A model generated the notes under the pieces. It worked only from the letters and a program-made list of their open reading frames with translations, was not told the origin of the DNA and searched no databases. Made by a program: the position numbers and the translations under genes. From contig JBGAIO010000007.1 of assembly GCA_044225415.1 (NCBI GenBank), forward strand, positions 11,624-41,623: a stretch of 30,000 bases of DNA, written 5' to 3'. The DNA comes from Burkholderiaceae bacterium (GTDB taxonomy: Bacteria > Pseudomonadota > Gammaproteobacteria > Burkholderiales > Burkholderiaceae_F). Shown here in pieces: positions 7,486 through 16,781 of this stretch (its first letter is position 1; each line of letters begins with the position of its first letter).

Positions 7486-9405
7486 TCAGCCGACGCGCGA
7501 GCGGCGCAGCTGCGAGGCCTCGAGCAGCGCACTGAAGCGCTGGCGTACCGACGCGCCGATGCCGGCCGCGTCGAGGCCGCATTGCTTCAGCAGCAGCGCC
7601 GGATCGCCGTGATCGACGAACTGGTCCGGCAGGCCGAGCTGCAACACGGGGATCGACACCCCTTCCGCGGCCAGCGCCTCGAGCACGGCGCTGCCCGCGC
7701 CGCCCATGACGACGTTCTCCTCGATCGTCACCAGCGCATCGTGGGTGCGGGCGAGTTCGACGACCAGCGCGGCATCGAGCGGCTTGACGAACCGCATGTT
7801 CGCGACGGTCGCGTCGAGTTCTTCGGCCGCCGTCAGCGCCGGCGTCAGCATCGAGCCGAAGGCCAGCAGCGCGATGCGCCGGCCCTGGCGGCGCACCTCT
7901 CCGCGGCCGATGGGCAGCGACTGCGCCTCGTGTTCGATCACCGCGCCCGGTCCCGTGCCGCGCGGATAGCGCACCGCCGCCGGCACGCCGCAGTCGAGCG
8001 CCGTGTCGAGCATGCGGCGGCATTCGTTCTCGTCGGACGGCGTCATCACGATCATGTTCGGGACGCAGCGCAGGTACGACAGGTCGAATGCACCGTGATG
8101 CGTGGCTCCGTCGGAGCCGACCAGCCCGCCCCGGTCCAGCGCGAACACCACCGGCAGGTTCTGCAGCGCCACGTCGTGGATCAGCTGGTCGTAGGCACGC
8201 TGCAGGAACGTGGAGTAGATCGCGACCACCGGCTTCATGCCGTCGCAGGCCAGGCCGGCGGCAAAGGTCACCGCGTGCTGCTCGGCGATGCCGACATCGA
8301 AATAGCGATCCGGGAATTCCTGCTCGAAACGCACGAGGCCCGAGCCCTCGCGCATCGCCGGCGTGATGCCGACGACGCGCGTATCGCGCGCCGCCGCATC
8401 GACCAGCCAGTCGCCGAAGACCTGCGTGTAGGCGGGCTTGCTCGCCGCCGCCGGCTTGATGCCGACCTGCGGATCGAACTTGCCGGGGCCGTGATACAGC
8501 ACGGGATCGGCCTCTGCGAGCTTGTAGCCCTGCCCCTTGCGGGTGACCACGTGCAGGAACTGCGGACCTTGCAGCTCCTTCAGGTTCTGCAATGTCGGGA
8601 TCAGCGAATCCAGATCGTGGCCGTCGATGGGGCCGATGTAGTTGAGGCCGAACTCCTCGAACATCGTGCCGGGCACGACCATGCCCTTCGCGTGTTCCTC
8701 GAGCTTCTTCGCCAGCTCGAACACCGGCGGAAAGTTCTTCAGCACCTGCTTGCCGGCCTGCTTCGCCGCCGCGTAGAAGCGGCCGCTCATCAGTCGCGCC
8801 AGGTGGCGGTTCAGGCCGCCCACGGCCGGCGAGATCGACATGTCATTGTCGTTCAGCACCACCAGCAGCCGGATCCTGTCGGTGACACCCGCGTTGTTCA
8901 GCGCCTCGAAGGCCATGCCGGCGCTCATCGCGCCGTCGCCGATCACGGCGATCGCGTGGCGGTCGTTGCCCTGGTTGCGCGCAGCGACCGCCATGCCCAG
9001 CGCAGCCGAGATCGACGTCGACGAATGCGCGGTGCCGAAGGTGTCGTATTCGCTCTCCGAGCGGCGCGGAAAGCCCGACATGCCGCCCAGCTGGCGCAGC
9101 CGCGCCATGCCCGCGCGCCGGCCGGTGAGGATCTTGTGCGGATAGGTCTGGTGTCCGACGTCCCACACGATCCGGTCGTCAGGCGTGTCGAACACGTAGT
9201 GGAGCGCGATCGTCAGTTCCACCGTGCCGAGGTTGGAGCTCAGATGGCCGCCGGTGCGCGACACCGATTCGACCACGAAGGCGCGCAGTTCGCCGGCCAG
9301 CGCGTGCAGCTGCGCACGGTCGAGCCGGCGCAGGTCGGCGGGCGATTCGATGCGCGCCAGCAGTGAGTCGTCGGGCAGCACCATGGCTGCGCGGGTGTCC
9401 ATCAT
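7486..9405 (-). CDS. dxs: 1-deoxy-D-xylulose-5-phosphate synthase
   Basis: The ORF track starts at TTG 9420. I place the start at ATG 9405 (or 9402), overlapping the ispA stop (cacTGATGATGG). DXS hallmarks: [40 protein letters not shown]. Confidence 0.95.
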   Translation of the reverse strand: MMDTRAAMVLPDDSLLARIESPADLRRLDRAQLHALAGELRAFVVESVSRTGGHLSSNLGTVELTIALHYVFDTPDDRIVWDVGHQTYPHKILTGRRAGMARLRQLGGMSGFPRRSESEYDTFGTAHSSTSISAALGMAVAARNQGNDRHAIAVIGDGAMSAGMAFEALNNAGVTDRIRLLVVLNDNDMSISPAVGGLNRHLARLMSGRFYAAAKQAGKQVLKNFPPVFELAKKLEEHAKGMVVPGTMFEEFGLNYIGPIDGHDLDSLIPTLQNLKELQGPQFLHVVTRKGQGYKLAEADPVLYHGPGKFDPQVGIKPAAASKPAYTQVFGDWLVDAAARDTRVVGITPAMREGSGLVRFEQEFPDRYFDVGIAEQHAVTFAAGLACDGMKPVVAIYSTFLQRAYDQLIHDVALQNLPVVFALDRGGLVGSDGATHHGAFDLSYLRCVPNMIVMTPSDENECRRMLDTALDCGVPAAVRYPRGTGPGAVIEHEAQSLPIGRGEVRRQGRRIALLAFGSMLTPALTAAEELDATVANMRFVKPLDAALVVELARTHDALVTIEENVVMGGAGSAVLEALAAEGVSIPVLQLGLPDQFVDHGDPALLLKQCGLDAAGIGASVRQRFSALLEASQLRRSRVG

Positions 9406-10334
9406 CAGTGCTTTCGGCAAACGATGAGATCGGCCAGTTCGCGCAGCCGGCTGGCGCGCGGCCCGACACCGGCGAGCACTTCCAGTGCCTGCGCGCGCAG
9501 CCGCAGGCTGAATGCGCGGGCGGCTTCCAGGCCCATGGTCGACACGTAGGTGGGCTTGGCGGCAGCGGCGTCCTTGCCCGCCGTCTTGCCCAGCGCCTCG
9601 GTGCTGGCCTCGACGTCGAGCACGTCATCGACCACCTGGAAAGCGAGCCCGATCGCGTCGCCGTAGCGGCCGAGCGCCTCGCGCGTGCTTTCGGTCAGCA
9701 TCGCGGCCTGTCCGGACAGCGCACCCATCAGCACCGACGCGCGCAGCAGCGCGCCGGTCTTCATCCGGTGCAGGCGCTCGAGCGCAGGCAGTGCCAGCAC
9801 CTGGCCGACCGCTGCGAGATCGATCGCCTGTCCTCCGCACATGCCCTGCGTGCCCACGGCGTGCGCCAGCTCGCGCATCAGCGAGGCGGTCTGCGTGGCC
9901 GGCAGCGCACCGTCGGCGATGACCTTGAAGGCCTCGGCCTGCAACGCATCGCCGGCCAGCATGGCCGTGGCCTCATCAAAGGCGACGTGCACCGTCGGCT
10001 TGCCACGGCGCAGTACGTCGTCGTCCATGCACGGCAGGTCGTCGTGCACCAGCGAGTACGCATGCACGTATTCGACCGCGAGCGCGGCGCGGTCGAGCGC
10101 TTCGGGGTCGGCGGAGGTCACTTCACCGGCAGCGTAGACCAGCAGAGGGCGCACGCGCTTGCCACCGCCGAGCACCGCATAGCGCATCGCGGCATGCAGG
10201 CGCTGCGGCGACAGGTCTGCGGTCGGCAGCATCGCGTCGGCCGCCGCCTCGAAGCGCTCCCCGGCAACGCTCACCCACTGCGCGAAAGCCTCGGACGACG
10301 ACACGCAGGGCGCGACGGCCGCCGCGGAGTTCAT
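9405..10334 (-). CDS. ispA: Farnesyl-diphosphate (geranyltranstransferase) synthase
   Basis: ORF 9405..10433 trimmed to ATG at 10334. Two Asp-rich motifs, [18 protein letters not shown] and [13 protein letters not shown] overlap with the xseB stop. Confidence 0.93.
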   Translation of the reverse strand: MNSAAAVAPCVSSSEAFAQWVSVAGERFEAAADAMLPTADLSPQRLHAAMRYAVLGGGKRVRPLLVYAAGEVTSADPEALDRAALAVEYVHAYSLVHDDLPCMDDDVLRRGKPTVHVAFDEATAMLAGDALQAEAFKVIADGALPATQTASLMRELAHAVGTQGMCGGQAIDLAAVGQVLALPALERLHRMKTGALLRASVLMGALSGQAAMLTESTREALGRYGDAIGLAFQVVDDVLDVEASTEALGKTAGKDAAAAKPTYVSTMGLEAARAFSLRLRAQALEVLAGVGPRASRLRELADLIVCRKH

Positions 10335-10579
10335 GATTCGGTGCCCCGCAGCGCGGCGCTGTCGAGCGGCTTCAGCAGTTCGCCTTCGAGTTGCCGGATG
10401 TCGAGTTCCGCCTGCGCGAGCTTCGCCTGGCACAGCCGCGCGAGTTCCGCGCCGCGCTTGTAGGCCGCGATCGATTCGTCGAGCGTCAGTTCGCCCGACT
10501 CCATGCGCCGCACGAGCCCGTCGAGCTCATCGAGCGCCTGTTCGAACGTGGGGGTGCCGGCAGGTTTGGCGGAAGGCAT
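10331..10579 (-). CDS. xseB: Exodeoxyribonuclease VII small subunit
   Basis: ORF trimmed to ATG at 10579 (MPSAKPAGTPTFEQALDELDGLVRRMESGELTLDESIAAYKRG...). Classic XseB sequence in the classic xseB-ispA-dxs order. Confidence 0.9.
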   Translation of the reverse strand: MPSAKPAGTPTFEQALDELDGLVRRMESGELTLDESIAAYKRGAELARLCQAKLAQAELDIRQLEGELLKPLDSAALRGTES

Positions 10580-10603
10580 CGGCAGCAATTCTAGCGGTGT
10601 CAG

Positions 10604-10636
10604 GTCTTGCCTCTTGCCGGGGGCCAAAGGCAAGAC
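10604..10636. promoter_or_regulatory. 9-bp perfect inverted repeat GTCTTGCCT-N15-AGGCAAGAC in the xseB / eamA divergent intergenic region
   Basis: Read directly (10604-10612 and 10628-10636). It lies in the 80-bp spacer between the divergent starts at 10579 and 10660. CTTGCC is also directly repeated. Function not established. Confidence 0.35.
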
Positions 10637-10659
10637 CCGACCCCACGTAACATCGGGCC

Positions 10660-11547
10660 ATGAGCGCGCTGTGGATGCTGGTCGCGGCCGTGCTGTTCGC
10701 GGTGATGGGCGCGATGGTGAAGCTCGCGCTGGCCCGCTACGGCACCATGGAGATCGTGTTCTACCGGTCGCTGTTCGGTGTCGTCAGCATCTACCTGTTC
10801 GTGCGGTGGCGCCGGCATTCGCTGGCGACGTCGGTCGCGCTGACGCATCTCGGACGGGGCGTCGTGGGCACGGCGGCGCTGGCGCTGTGGTTCTACGCGA
10901 CCAGTGCGCTGCCGCTGGGCACGGCCCTGACGCTGAACTACACATCGCCGCTGTTCCTGGCGGCGTTCATGGTGACAGCGTCGCTGCGTGCGCACGAGCG
11001 CATCGACTGGATCCTCGTTGCAGCGGTGATCGTGGGCTTCATCGGCATCGTGCTGCTGCTGCGTCCGACCGTGGCGGGAGACCAGACGGTGGCCGCCGCC
11101 GCGGGGCTGGTGTCGGGCGTGCTGTCGGCGATGGCCTACTGGTACGTGCGCACGCTGGGCAAGCTGGGCGAACCCGAGTGGCGCACGGTGTTCTACTTCA
11201 CGTTGTCCGGCGTGGTGCTGGGACTGGTCGTCACGTTGTTCCAGGGCTTCTCGACGCACGACGCGCGCGGCGTGTGGCTGCTGCTCGGGGTGGGCATCAC
11301 CGCCACGCTGGCGCAGCTCGCAATGACGCGGGCCTACGCATTCGGCCACACGCTGGTCGTCGCGAACCTGCAGTTCGTCGCGGTGGTGGTGGCGTCGCTG
11401 CTGGGCATCGCGATCTTCGGCGATCACATACCGCTGGCAGGCTGGCTCGGCATCGCCACGATCATTCTCAGCGGCGTGTGGTCGACCGTGCTGATCGCAC
11501 GGCAGCCCGTCGCCGCCGGGCCCCTGTCAAAGCATGATTCACACTGA
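10660..11547 (+). CDS. DMT superfamily (EamA-like) transporter, about 10 TM segments
   Basis: 295 aa, uniformly hydrophobic, with a two-fold EamA-like organisation (MSALWMLVAAVLFAVMGAMVKLA...). Confidence 0.85.
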   Translation: MSALWMLVAAVLFAVMGAMVKLALARYGTMEIVFYRSLFGVVSIYLFVRWRRHSLATSVALTHLGRGVVGTAALALWFYATSALPLGTALTLNYTSPLFLAAFMVTASLRAHERIDWILVAAVIVGFIGIVLLLRPTVAGDQTVAAAAGLVSGVLSAMAYWYVRTLGKLGEPEWRTVFYFTLSGVVLGLVVTLFQGFSTHDARGVWLLLGVGITATLAQLAMTRAYAFGHTLVVANLQFVAVVVASLLGIAIFGDHIPLAGWLGIATIILSGVWSTVLIARQPVAAGPLSKHDSH

Positions 11548-11563
11548 ACGAAAGAGGAACGCA

Positions 11564-12418
11564 ATGCCGTACAACACGCTCATCGCCGCAGACACGCTGC
11601 GGCAGCACCTGGGCGACCCGCAGTGGAAAGTCTTCGACGTGCGCCACGACCTGATGGACACCGCCGCCGGCGCGCGTGCGTACGCGGCCGGCCACGTGCC
11701 GGGCGCGCAGTTCGCCGGCATCGACCACGACCTGTCGGGCGCGAAGGACGGCAGCAACGGCCGGCATCCGTTGCCGCAGCGCGCGGCGCTGATCGAGCGC
11801 TTCCGCGCGTGGGGCATCGGCCACGACACTCAGATCGTCGCATACGACGCGCAGGGCGGGCAGTTTGCGGGGCGACTGTGGTGGCTGGCTCGCTGGCTGG
11901 GTCACGCGTCCGTCGCGGTGCTCGACGGCGGCTGGCCGGCGTGGCAGGCCGCAGGCGGACCCGTCGATACGACAGTGCCGGCGCCGGCGCGCTCGGACTT
12001 CAACGACCGGCCGAGCCGGGTGCGCTTGATCGCGGCGGCCGACGTGCTGGCCGCGCTCGGCGACGACACCCGCCTGCTGCTCGACGCGCGCATGCCCGAG
12101 CGCTACCGCGGCGAGCAGGAACCGATCGATCCGGTGGCCGGCCACATCCCCGGCGCCGTGAACCGGCCCTGGGCGCACAACCTGCAGCCGGACCAGCGCT
12201 TCAAGTCGCCGGCACAGTTGCGCGCGGAGTTCGACGCGTTGCTCGGTACGCACTCGCCCGCCGACGTGACCCATCAGTGCGGTTCGGGCGTCACCGCCTG
12301 TCACAACGTGCTGGCGATGGAAGTCGCGGGACTGCCCGGTGCCGCGCTGTACGCGGGTTCGTGGAGCGAGTGGATCGCCGACCGGTCGCGGCCGGTAACG
12401 ACGGGCGCAAAGCCGTAG
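11564..12418 (+). CDS. sseA: 3-mercaptopyruvate sulfurtransferase (tandem rhodanese domains)
   Basis: ORF 11534.. trimmed to ATG at 11564, preceded by AAGAGGA. Active-site loop CGSGVTACH, the MST-type CG[ST]GVTA rather than the rhodanese CRKGVTA. Two rhodanese repeats. Confidence 0.85.
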   Translation: MPYNTLIAADTLRQHLGDPQWKVFDVRHDLMDTAAGARAYAAGHVPGAQFAGIDHDLSGAKDGSNGRHPLPQRAALIERFRAWGIGHDTQIVAYDAQGGQFAGRLWWLARWLGHASVAVLDGGWPAWQAAGGPVDTTVPAPARSDFNDRPSRVRLIAAADVLAALGDDTRLLLDARMPERYRGEQEPIDPVAGHIPGAVNRPWAHNLQPDQRFKSPAQLRAEFDALLGTHSPADVTHQCGSGVTACHNVLAMEVAGLPGAALYAGSWSEWIADRSRPVTTGAKP

Positions 12419-12426
12419 TCGCTCTT

Positions 12427-12516
12427 CGTCATCCCCGCGGAACCGGGACTCACTGTCAGGCGCCCTGCAGCGCGCCGACGAACGTCAGAATGGATTCCCG
12501 CTTGCGCGGGAATGAC
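12427..12516. repeat. Pair of REP-like palindromic units in inverted orientation (cgtcatccccgcggaaccgggact ... ggattcccgcttgcgcgggaatgac)
   Basis: Read directly. The second unit is a perfect hairpin, attcccgc-ttgc-gcgggaat. It belongs to the same unit family as the three copies at 23146-23257. When translated, the units give the VIPAKAGIQ / RGNDN-type peptides seen in the shadow ORFs. Confidence 0.7.
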
Positions 12517-12536
12517 AACCTAGCGTGCGCCTGCGC

Positions 12537-13316
12537 TCAGTGCGCGTTGAATGCGCCGGTCGCCACCGCGGCAATCGCCACGCCGAGCAGCACGAAGCCC
12601 ACGTCGGGCAGCGACTGCATCAGCGACGAACGCCGCATCATCTCGGGCAGCAGGTCCGACAGCGCGATGTAGATGAAGCTCGCGGCGGCGACCATCAGCA
12701 TGTACGGCAGCAGCGTTTGCGTGGAATCGAGCACGAAGTAGCCGACCACGCCGCCCAGCACCGCTGCCATGCCCGACAGCAGGTTGAAGATGAACGCGCG
12801 GCGGCGCGTATAGCCGGCATTCAGCAGGATCATGAAGTCGCCGACTTCGTGCGGAATCTCGTGCGCCATCACCGCGAGCGTCGCCAGCAGGCCCAGTTGC
12901 CAGTCGACGAGGAAGGCGCCCGCGATGACCGCGCCGTCAGCGAAGTTGACGATACATCGCCGACCAGGATCAGCAGGCCGCCCGCGCCGCGCTTCGTGTG
13001 CATCGTGGCCGTGGGCGTGGTGATGGTGGTCGCCTTCGTGGTGATGCGTGTGGTGGATCAGCGCGAGCTTTTCCAGCAGGAAGAACGCCAGGATGCCGGC
13101 CAGCAGCGTCCAGCCGAGCGCATGCGCGTCGGCGCCGCTCTCGAAGGCCTCCGGAACCAGGTGCGTGATCGCGGTGGCGAGCAGCAATCCAGCCGACACC
13201 GGCACCAGGCGGTCCACCAGCTTGCCGAGGTAGCGGAAGCTCAGCAGCGCCGCGAGCGCGATCGACAGCACGGTGGACAGCAGGTTGGCGAGGACGATGA
13301 CGGCGAGCGTGCTCAT
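12537..13316 (-). CDS. ZIP-family divalent metal (zinc) transporter with a His-rich loop; local frame anomaly at about 12953-13000
   Basis: ORF 12537..13331 starts at TTG; ATG at 13316 gives MSTLAVIVLANLL. His-rich loop: HHTHHHEGDHHHHAHGHDAH. Family motifs: NFADGAVIAGAF and AHEIPHEVGDFMILLNAG. See the finding on the 15-codon out-of-frame stretch. Confidence 0.85.
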   Translation of the reverse strand: MSTLAVIVLANLLSTVLSIALAALLSFRYLGKLVDRLVPVSAGLLLATAITHLVPEAFESGADAHALGWTLLAGILAFFLLEKLALIHHTHHHEGDHHHHAHGHDAHEARRGRPADPGRRCIVNFADGAVIAGAFLVDWQLGLLATLAVMAHEIPHEVGDFMILLNAGYTRRRAFIFNLLSGMAAVLGGVVGYFVLDSTQTLLPYMLMVAAASFIYIALSDLLPEMMRRSSLMQSLPDVGFVLLGVAIAAVATGAFNAH

Positions 13317-13337
13317 CGGTGCGCGATGCAATGCAAA

Positions 13338-13359
13338 GGGGGCGCGGTATCGCGCCCCC
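13338..13359 (-). terminator. GC-rich stem-loop (9-bp stem GGGGGCGCG / CGCGCCCCC, loop of 4) followed on the minus strand by TTTGCATTG
   Basis: Read directly. It lies 66 nt downstream of the dienelactone hydrolase stop. The U-tract is short, so intrinsic termination is plausible but not certain. It also sits only about 22 nt before the ZIP start. Confidence 0.45.
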
Positions 13360-13424
13360 TGATGGATGTCAGTGCAGCCAGCGTAACAGGCGTGTCAAGC
13401 CCCCCGCACCGCAGGCGGCAGTCG

Positions 13425-14333
13425 CTACTTCAGGTACTGCGCGAACCACGCCGTCAGCCGCTTCCAGCCATCTTCCGCGGCCTCCTTGCGGTAGGACGGC
13501 CGATAGTCGGCGTGGAACGCGTGCGGCGTGTCGGGGTAGATGACGATCTGGCTGCGCGTGTTGCCGGCCGCCTTCAGCGCGGCTTCGAACTTCTGCACGC
13601 CGTCGACGGGAATGCCGGTATCGGCTGCGCCGTAGAGGCCGAGGATCGGCGCCTTGATGCTGCCGACCACGTCGATCGCCGGCTTGTCGCCCGGCACGCG
13701 CGCCGCGGTCACGCCGCCGTACCACGCCACGCCGGCGGCCAGGTTCGGATTGTGCGCGGCATACATCCACACGACGCGCCCACCCCAGCAGAAGCCGGTG
13801 ATGCCGAGCTTGCCGCCACCGCCGTTCTTCGCGGCCCACGCGACCGTCGCGTCGAGGTCGGCATTGACCTGCGCGTCGGTCACCTTGGGCACCACGTTGG
13901 CGAGGATGTCGGCGATCGGCATCTTCGACACGTCACCCTGCCGCGCATACAGTTCGGGCGCAATGGCCAGATAGCCCTGCTTGGCCAGCCGCCGGGTCAC
14001 GTCGCGGATGTGCTCGTGCACGCCGAAGATCTCCTGGATCACCAGCACCACCGGCAGCCCCGTCTTGCCGGCGGGCTGCGCCCGATACGCGGGCATGAAG
14101 CCATCGGCGGTGGGGATCTTCACCTCGCCGGCCGTGAGGCCGTCGGTGTCGGTCGTGATCATGGTCTGCGCCTGCACCGGCAGCACCGCGGCAGCGAAGC
14201 CTGCGCCGAGCGAGGTGACGACGAAGCCGCGGCGGCTCACGGTCAGCGGCGGCAGCAGGCTGTCCAGTCCGCCAGCCCCGGTAACGCCCGGCGCGTCGAC
14301 ATCGGCAGACAACATGGGATCGCGCTCGCTCAT
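13425..14333 (-). CDS. Dienelactone hydrolase family protein with a twin-arginine (Tat) signal peptide
   Basis: Tat motif: [27 protein letters not shown] nucleophile motif GFCWGG. C-terminal PHAF region. ATG at 14333; a GTG at 14336 is also possible. Confidence 0.88.
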   Translation of the reverse strand: MSERDPMLSADVDAPGVTGAGGLDSLLPPLTVSRRGFVVTSLGAGFAAAVLPVQAQTMITTDTDGLTAGEVKIPTADGFMPAYRAQPAGKTGLPVVLVIQEIFGVHEHIRDVTRRLAKQGYLAIAPELYARQGDVSKMPIADILANVVPKVTDAQVNADLDATVAWAAKNGGGGKLGITGFCWGGRVVWMYAAHNPNLAAGVAWYGGVTAARVPGDKPAIDVVGSIKAPILGLYGAADTGIPVDGVQKFEAALKAAGNTRSQIVIYPDTPHAFHADYRPSYRKEAAEDGWKRLTAWFAQYLK

Positions 14334-14430
14334 CACAGGGCTCCGGAGGAATTGGACGGGGCGTCAGTCTAGCCACCGGCCGGGCAAGGAGTGCGCCCGG
14401 AGTTTCCCGGGCGGGCACGCGAAGCCGGTA

Positions 14431-16017
14431 TTACGAGACGAACACGTCGGCCGCCATCGTGCGCACGTGCGGGGCGACGCGCACGCCGCGCAGATCCATC
14501 TGCGCCAGCACCTGCTCGCGCACGTCGATGCCCGGCGCGACCTCGGTCAGCACCAGTCCGTCGGCGGTCACGTCGAACACCGCGCGCTCGGTGACGATCT
14601 TCGCGCGTTGGCCGCGATCGGCGACATTCTTCATCAGCGGATAGGTGATGTGGTCGGCCTGCTGCACGAACTTGCGTACCTTGCCTTCGCGGACGATCTT
14701 CAGCCTGCCGTCCTCCACCGTCGTCTCCAGCCCGCCGGTGGTGAAGGTGCCGGTGAACACCAGGTCGGTCGCGTTGTAGGCGATGTCGATGAAGCCGCCG
14801 GCGCCCGGATTGGCCACGCCGAACTTCGACACGTTGACGTTGCCCTGCGCGTCGTACTGCGCGAAGGCCAGCGCCGCGAAGGGGCAGCCGCCGCCGTCGA
14901 TGAAGTCGAACTGCGTGACGCCGTCGAGCACCGCCTCCGGATACTTGTTGGCGGAGAACTGCCACCCGCTCATCACCAGGCCGCCGAAGGGGCCGTGCTC
15001 GGTGGTGAAGGGAAAGCGGCGGTGACGCCCGTCGGCCATCTCGCCTTCCTCGAGCAGCACCGTCGGCGCGTCCGACGATGCGCCGAAGCCGAAGATCGAC
15101 GTGACGCCCGGTTGCACCTCGCGCGCCGCGCGCCGCGCGATGATCTTGTCGGGGCCGAAGGGCAACCGATCGTGCGGACGACCATCCCATTGCTGGCCGC
15201 CGAGATAGGCACGATCGAAGGGCGTATCGGTGGTCATCATCTGCTCGGGATCGACGACGACCTTGTCGACCAGCACGCCCGGCACGCGGCACTGGCCCGC
15301 GGGCCGCTCGCCGCGCGCGACCACGCGCCGCACCTGCGCGACCACCGTGCCGCCGCAGGCCTTCACCGCCAGCGCGATCTGCAGCGACGACGACTGGATC
15401 GGTTCGTCCTCGAAGGACAGGTTGCCGAACTCGTCGCTGCTGGAGGCGCGGATGAAACCGACGTTCAGCGGGAAGGTCGGGTAGTAGAGCCAGGTCTCGC
15501 CGGCGAACTCGACGCGATGGATCAGTTCCTCCGTCGCGCGCGCGGTGAAGCGCCCGCCGCCGTGCTTCGGATCGGCATAGGTGTCGAGGCCGATGCGCGT
15601 CAGGTAGCCCGGGCCGCGCCGCGCGACTTCGCGCAGCCAGTGCATGCTGGCGCCGATCGGCCAGCTGTAGGCCTCGATGCGGTTCTCGCGGATCAGCCGC
15701 ATCAGTTCGGGCCGCTGGCCGGTGACGGGATGCGTCGGGTTGATGTACGAGCCCGACACGATGCGCTTCATCAGCCCTTCGATGGCGACGTGGTCCATGC
15801 CGCGGATGCCCTCCGCGTCGCCCGTGCCGCACGGGAAGTAGAACGTGCAGTCGCGCGGTTCGGCACTGTCGCGGAAGCGCTGTGCGAGCGCGGCGAGCAG
15901 CCTGTCGGGAACGATCCAGCCGATGACGCCGACCGTGGCGACGGTGTCACCGGACTTCACGACGGCCGCCGCGTCCTCGAAGCTGCAGACTTTGGTAGCC
16001 GCTGCCACAGCGCTCAT
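14431..16017 (-). CDS. Fused class I CoA-transferase (YdiF / propionate-CoA-transferase-like acyl-CoA:carboxylate CoA-transferase)
   Basis: ORF 14431..16536 trimmed to ATG at 16017, in an ATGA overlap with the upstream stop. Collinear with E. coli YdiF as I recall it, including the catalytic-Glu context FTTEHGPFGG and the C-terminal GAGGFIDI...ITERAVF. Confidence 0.88.
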   Translation of the reverse strand: MSAVAAATKVCSFEDAAAVVKSGDTVATVGVIGWIVPDRLLAALAQRFRDSAEPRDCTFYFPCGTGDAEGIRGMDHVAIEGLMKRIVSGSYINPTHPVTGQRPELMRLIRENRIEAYSWPIGASMHWLREVARRGPGYLTRIGLDTYADPKHGGGRFTARATEELIHRVEFAGETWLYYPTFPLNVGFIRASSSDEFGNLSFEDEPIQSSSLQIALAVKACGGTVVAQVRRVVARGERPAGQCRVPGVLVDKVVVDPEQMMTTDTPFDRAYLGGQQWDGRPHDRLPFGPDKIIARRAAREVQPGVTSIFGFGASSDAPTVLLEEGEMADGRHRRFPFTTEHGPFGGLVMSGWQFSANKYPEAVLDGVTQFDFIDGGGCPFAALAFAQYDAQGNVNVSKFGVANPGAGGFIDIAYNATDLVFTGTFTTGGLETTVEDGRLKIVREGKVRKFVQQADHITYPLMKNVADRGQRAKIVTERAVFDVTADGLVLTEVAPGIDVREQVLAQMDLRGVRVAPHVRTMAADVFVS

Positions 16018-16781
16018 ACCTTCACCCCGAACCTGCGCAGCGTGGCCTGCGCCACCGGATGACGGCAGTCCTCGCGGAACAGGCGCGACGCCAGCAGGTC
16101 GCCGCCTTCGCCGTCGCGCGCGGACCTGGTCGCGAAGTAGAGCTTCGTCGAGGCCACGGCGACGGCCGGCAGCTTCGCGAGACCTGCGCCGAGTTCGAGC
16201 GCGCGGGCGAGCGCCTGGCCGTCGTCGACCACGTAGTCGGCCACGCCAACGCGCACGGCCGCGTCCCCATCGAAGGGCGCACCGCCCCACACGAGTTGTC
16301 GCGCGCGCGTGAGTCCCACGCGGTTGACCAGCGTTTCCAGGCCCCACGGCGGAATCCAGCCGATCTCCACCTCTGGCAGGTTCCAGCGCACGGCCAGTCC
16401 GGTGACCACGATGTCGCAGGACGCGGCCAGCACGAAACCGCCGCCGAGCGCGAAGCCCTCCACCGCCGCGATCACCGGCTTGCGCAGCGTGGCGATCTCG
16501 CGGCAGAACGCGGCCGTGCGCGCCTCGTGCTCGCACATCGCGTCGAGCGACATGCTGCCCAGTTCCTTCAGGTCGCTGCCCGCGCAGAAACCCGGGGCCG
16601 CGCCGGTCAGCACGGTCGCGGCGATCGCATCGTCTTCATCGTGCCGGCGCAGCGTCGTCTGCAGCTGCGCGACCAGCGCATCGCCCAGCGCATTGCGCCG
16701 CTTCGGGCGGTTGATGCGCGCAACGGCGACAGCGCCGCGCCGTTCGATCTCGAGTTCGCTCGCGTTCAGCTCATCGTTCAC
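16014..16781 (-). CDS. Enoyl-CoA hydratase/isomerase (crotonase) family protein
   Basis: ORF trimmed to GTG at 16781, in a GTGA overlap with the upstream stop. Crotonase motifs: FCAGSDLKEL, AAVEGFALGGGFVLAASCDIVV, LPEVEIGWIPPWG. Confidence 0.88.
   Translation of the reverse strand: MNDELNASELEIERRGAVAVARINRPKRRNALGDALVAQLQTTLRRHDEDDAIAATVLTGAAPGFCAGSDLKELGSMSLDAMCEHEARTAAFCREIATLRKPVIAAVEGFALGGGFVLAASCDIVVTGLAVRWNLPEVEIGWIPPWGLETLVNRVGLTRARQLVWGGAPFDGDAAVRVGVADYVVDDGQALARALELGAGLAKLPAVAVASTKLYFATRSARDGEGGDLLASRLFREDCRHPVAQATLRRFGVKV

Noticed and set aside
7186-9366. 726-aa plus-strand ORF covering the dxs region
   Set aside because: It is antisense to an unambiguous dxs gene. The product is Arg/Ala/Gly/His-rich low complexity with no recognisable motif. 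This is a typical shadow ORF of high-GC DNA.
13360-13424. TTGACA hexamer on the minus strand downstream of the dienelactone hydrolase stop, as a possible ZIP promoter or Zur-controlled region
   Set aside because: The best -10 partner (TGCACT) is poor and no Zur-box-like AT-rich palindrome is present. The GC hairpin lies between it and the ZIP start, so I could not support a promoter call.
12525-16062. 615-aa and 693-aa plus-strand ORFs (12525..14372, 13981..16062)
   Set aside because: They are antisense to the ZIP, dienelactone hydrolase and CoA-transferase genes, which all carry clear family motifs. The products are Arg/His/Asp/Gly-rich with no domain signature.
16018-16536. Long N-terminal extensions of track ORFs (14431..16536, 16014..17354, 21135..22505, 1336..2421, 4695..5810, 25509..27485)
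   Set aside because: The extensions overlap the upstream gene in another frame and are Arg-rich nonsense. They precede internal starts that align with the family N-termini, have RBS-like sequences or form ATGA/GTGA coupling overlaps.
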